A stretch of 59,429 nucleotides of DNA, filler included. It is 6 parts of 6 records of this genome, joined end to end, with 100 filler letters (N's around TTAATTAATTAA, not from the genome) between each part and the next. Parts side by side here need not be neighbours in the genome. Positions count along the whole stretch, not along the records: positions 53,753 to 59,429 come from DRR723986_9179; 5 more parts are not named here. The stretch is one strand, 5' to 3'. Of this stretch, positions 59,359 to 59,429 are shown one piece after another; within the stretch, counting starts at the first letter, position 1; every line of letters starts with the position of its first letter. The position numbers were made by a program, and so were the translations under genes. A model generated the notes under the pieces. That model saw nothing but the letters and a program-made list of their open reading frames with translations, was not told the DNA's origin and did no database searches.

Positions 59359-59429
59359 CAGCTCGATCGTTTGCGGGTTGATTGCAGCGCCGTCATATCT
59401 TCCGGCTTGCTTTTTGAGGGTTTTGTTTG

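Overview
This window is not one locus. It is six contig fragments joined by 100-nt artificial spacers (44 N + TTAATTAATTAA + 44 N), apparently from at least four organisms. (1) 1-20753 is a high-GC alphaproteobacterial (Roseibium/Labrenzia-like) housekeeping region: rpmE, an ABC exporter, prpE, TauE, an acyl-CoA ligase, purEK, MATE, rpsU, TPR lipoprotein, sulfotransferase, rluA, ABC1 kinase and others. (2) 20854-34003 is a mid-GC, probably FCB-group contig. It has two ~1600-aa paralogous secreted beta-helix repeat proteins with a strongly conserved C-terminal domain ending in a dockerin-like Ca-binding loop. They flank a DUF5687-like permease/ABC ATPase pair, and each is followed by a terminator and the same ~55-65-nt non-coding element. 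(3) 34104-41410 is an alphaproteobacterial D-apiose/D-apionate catabolic locus (binding protein, apnO, RuBisCO-like protein, oiaK) plus accessory genes. (4) 41511-48511 is an actinobacterial-like region with glpK, glpD, a SorC-type regulator, an SDR and a 2-oxoacid/acetoin dehydrogenase E1/E2. (5) 48612-53652 is a Rhodobacteraceae-like lanthanide methanol dehydrogenase cluster (fghA-cytc-xoxF-xoxG-xoxJ-rhodanese) ending in a tRNA 3' end. (6) 53753-59429 holds rsmH-mraZ with MraZ boxes, a DUF1624-like protein and a bi-domain oxidoreductase, and shares a palindromic repeat with fragment 2. Fragment 2 is the best candidate for an undescribed system. All family and taxon calls come from recognising motifs by eye; no searches were run.
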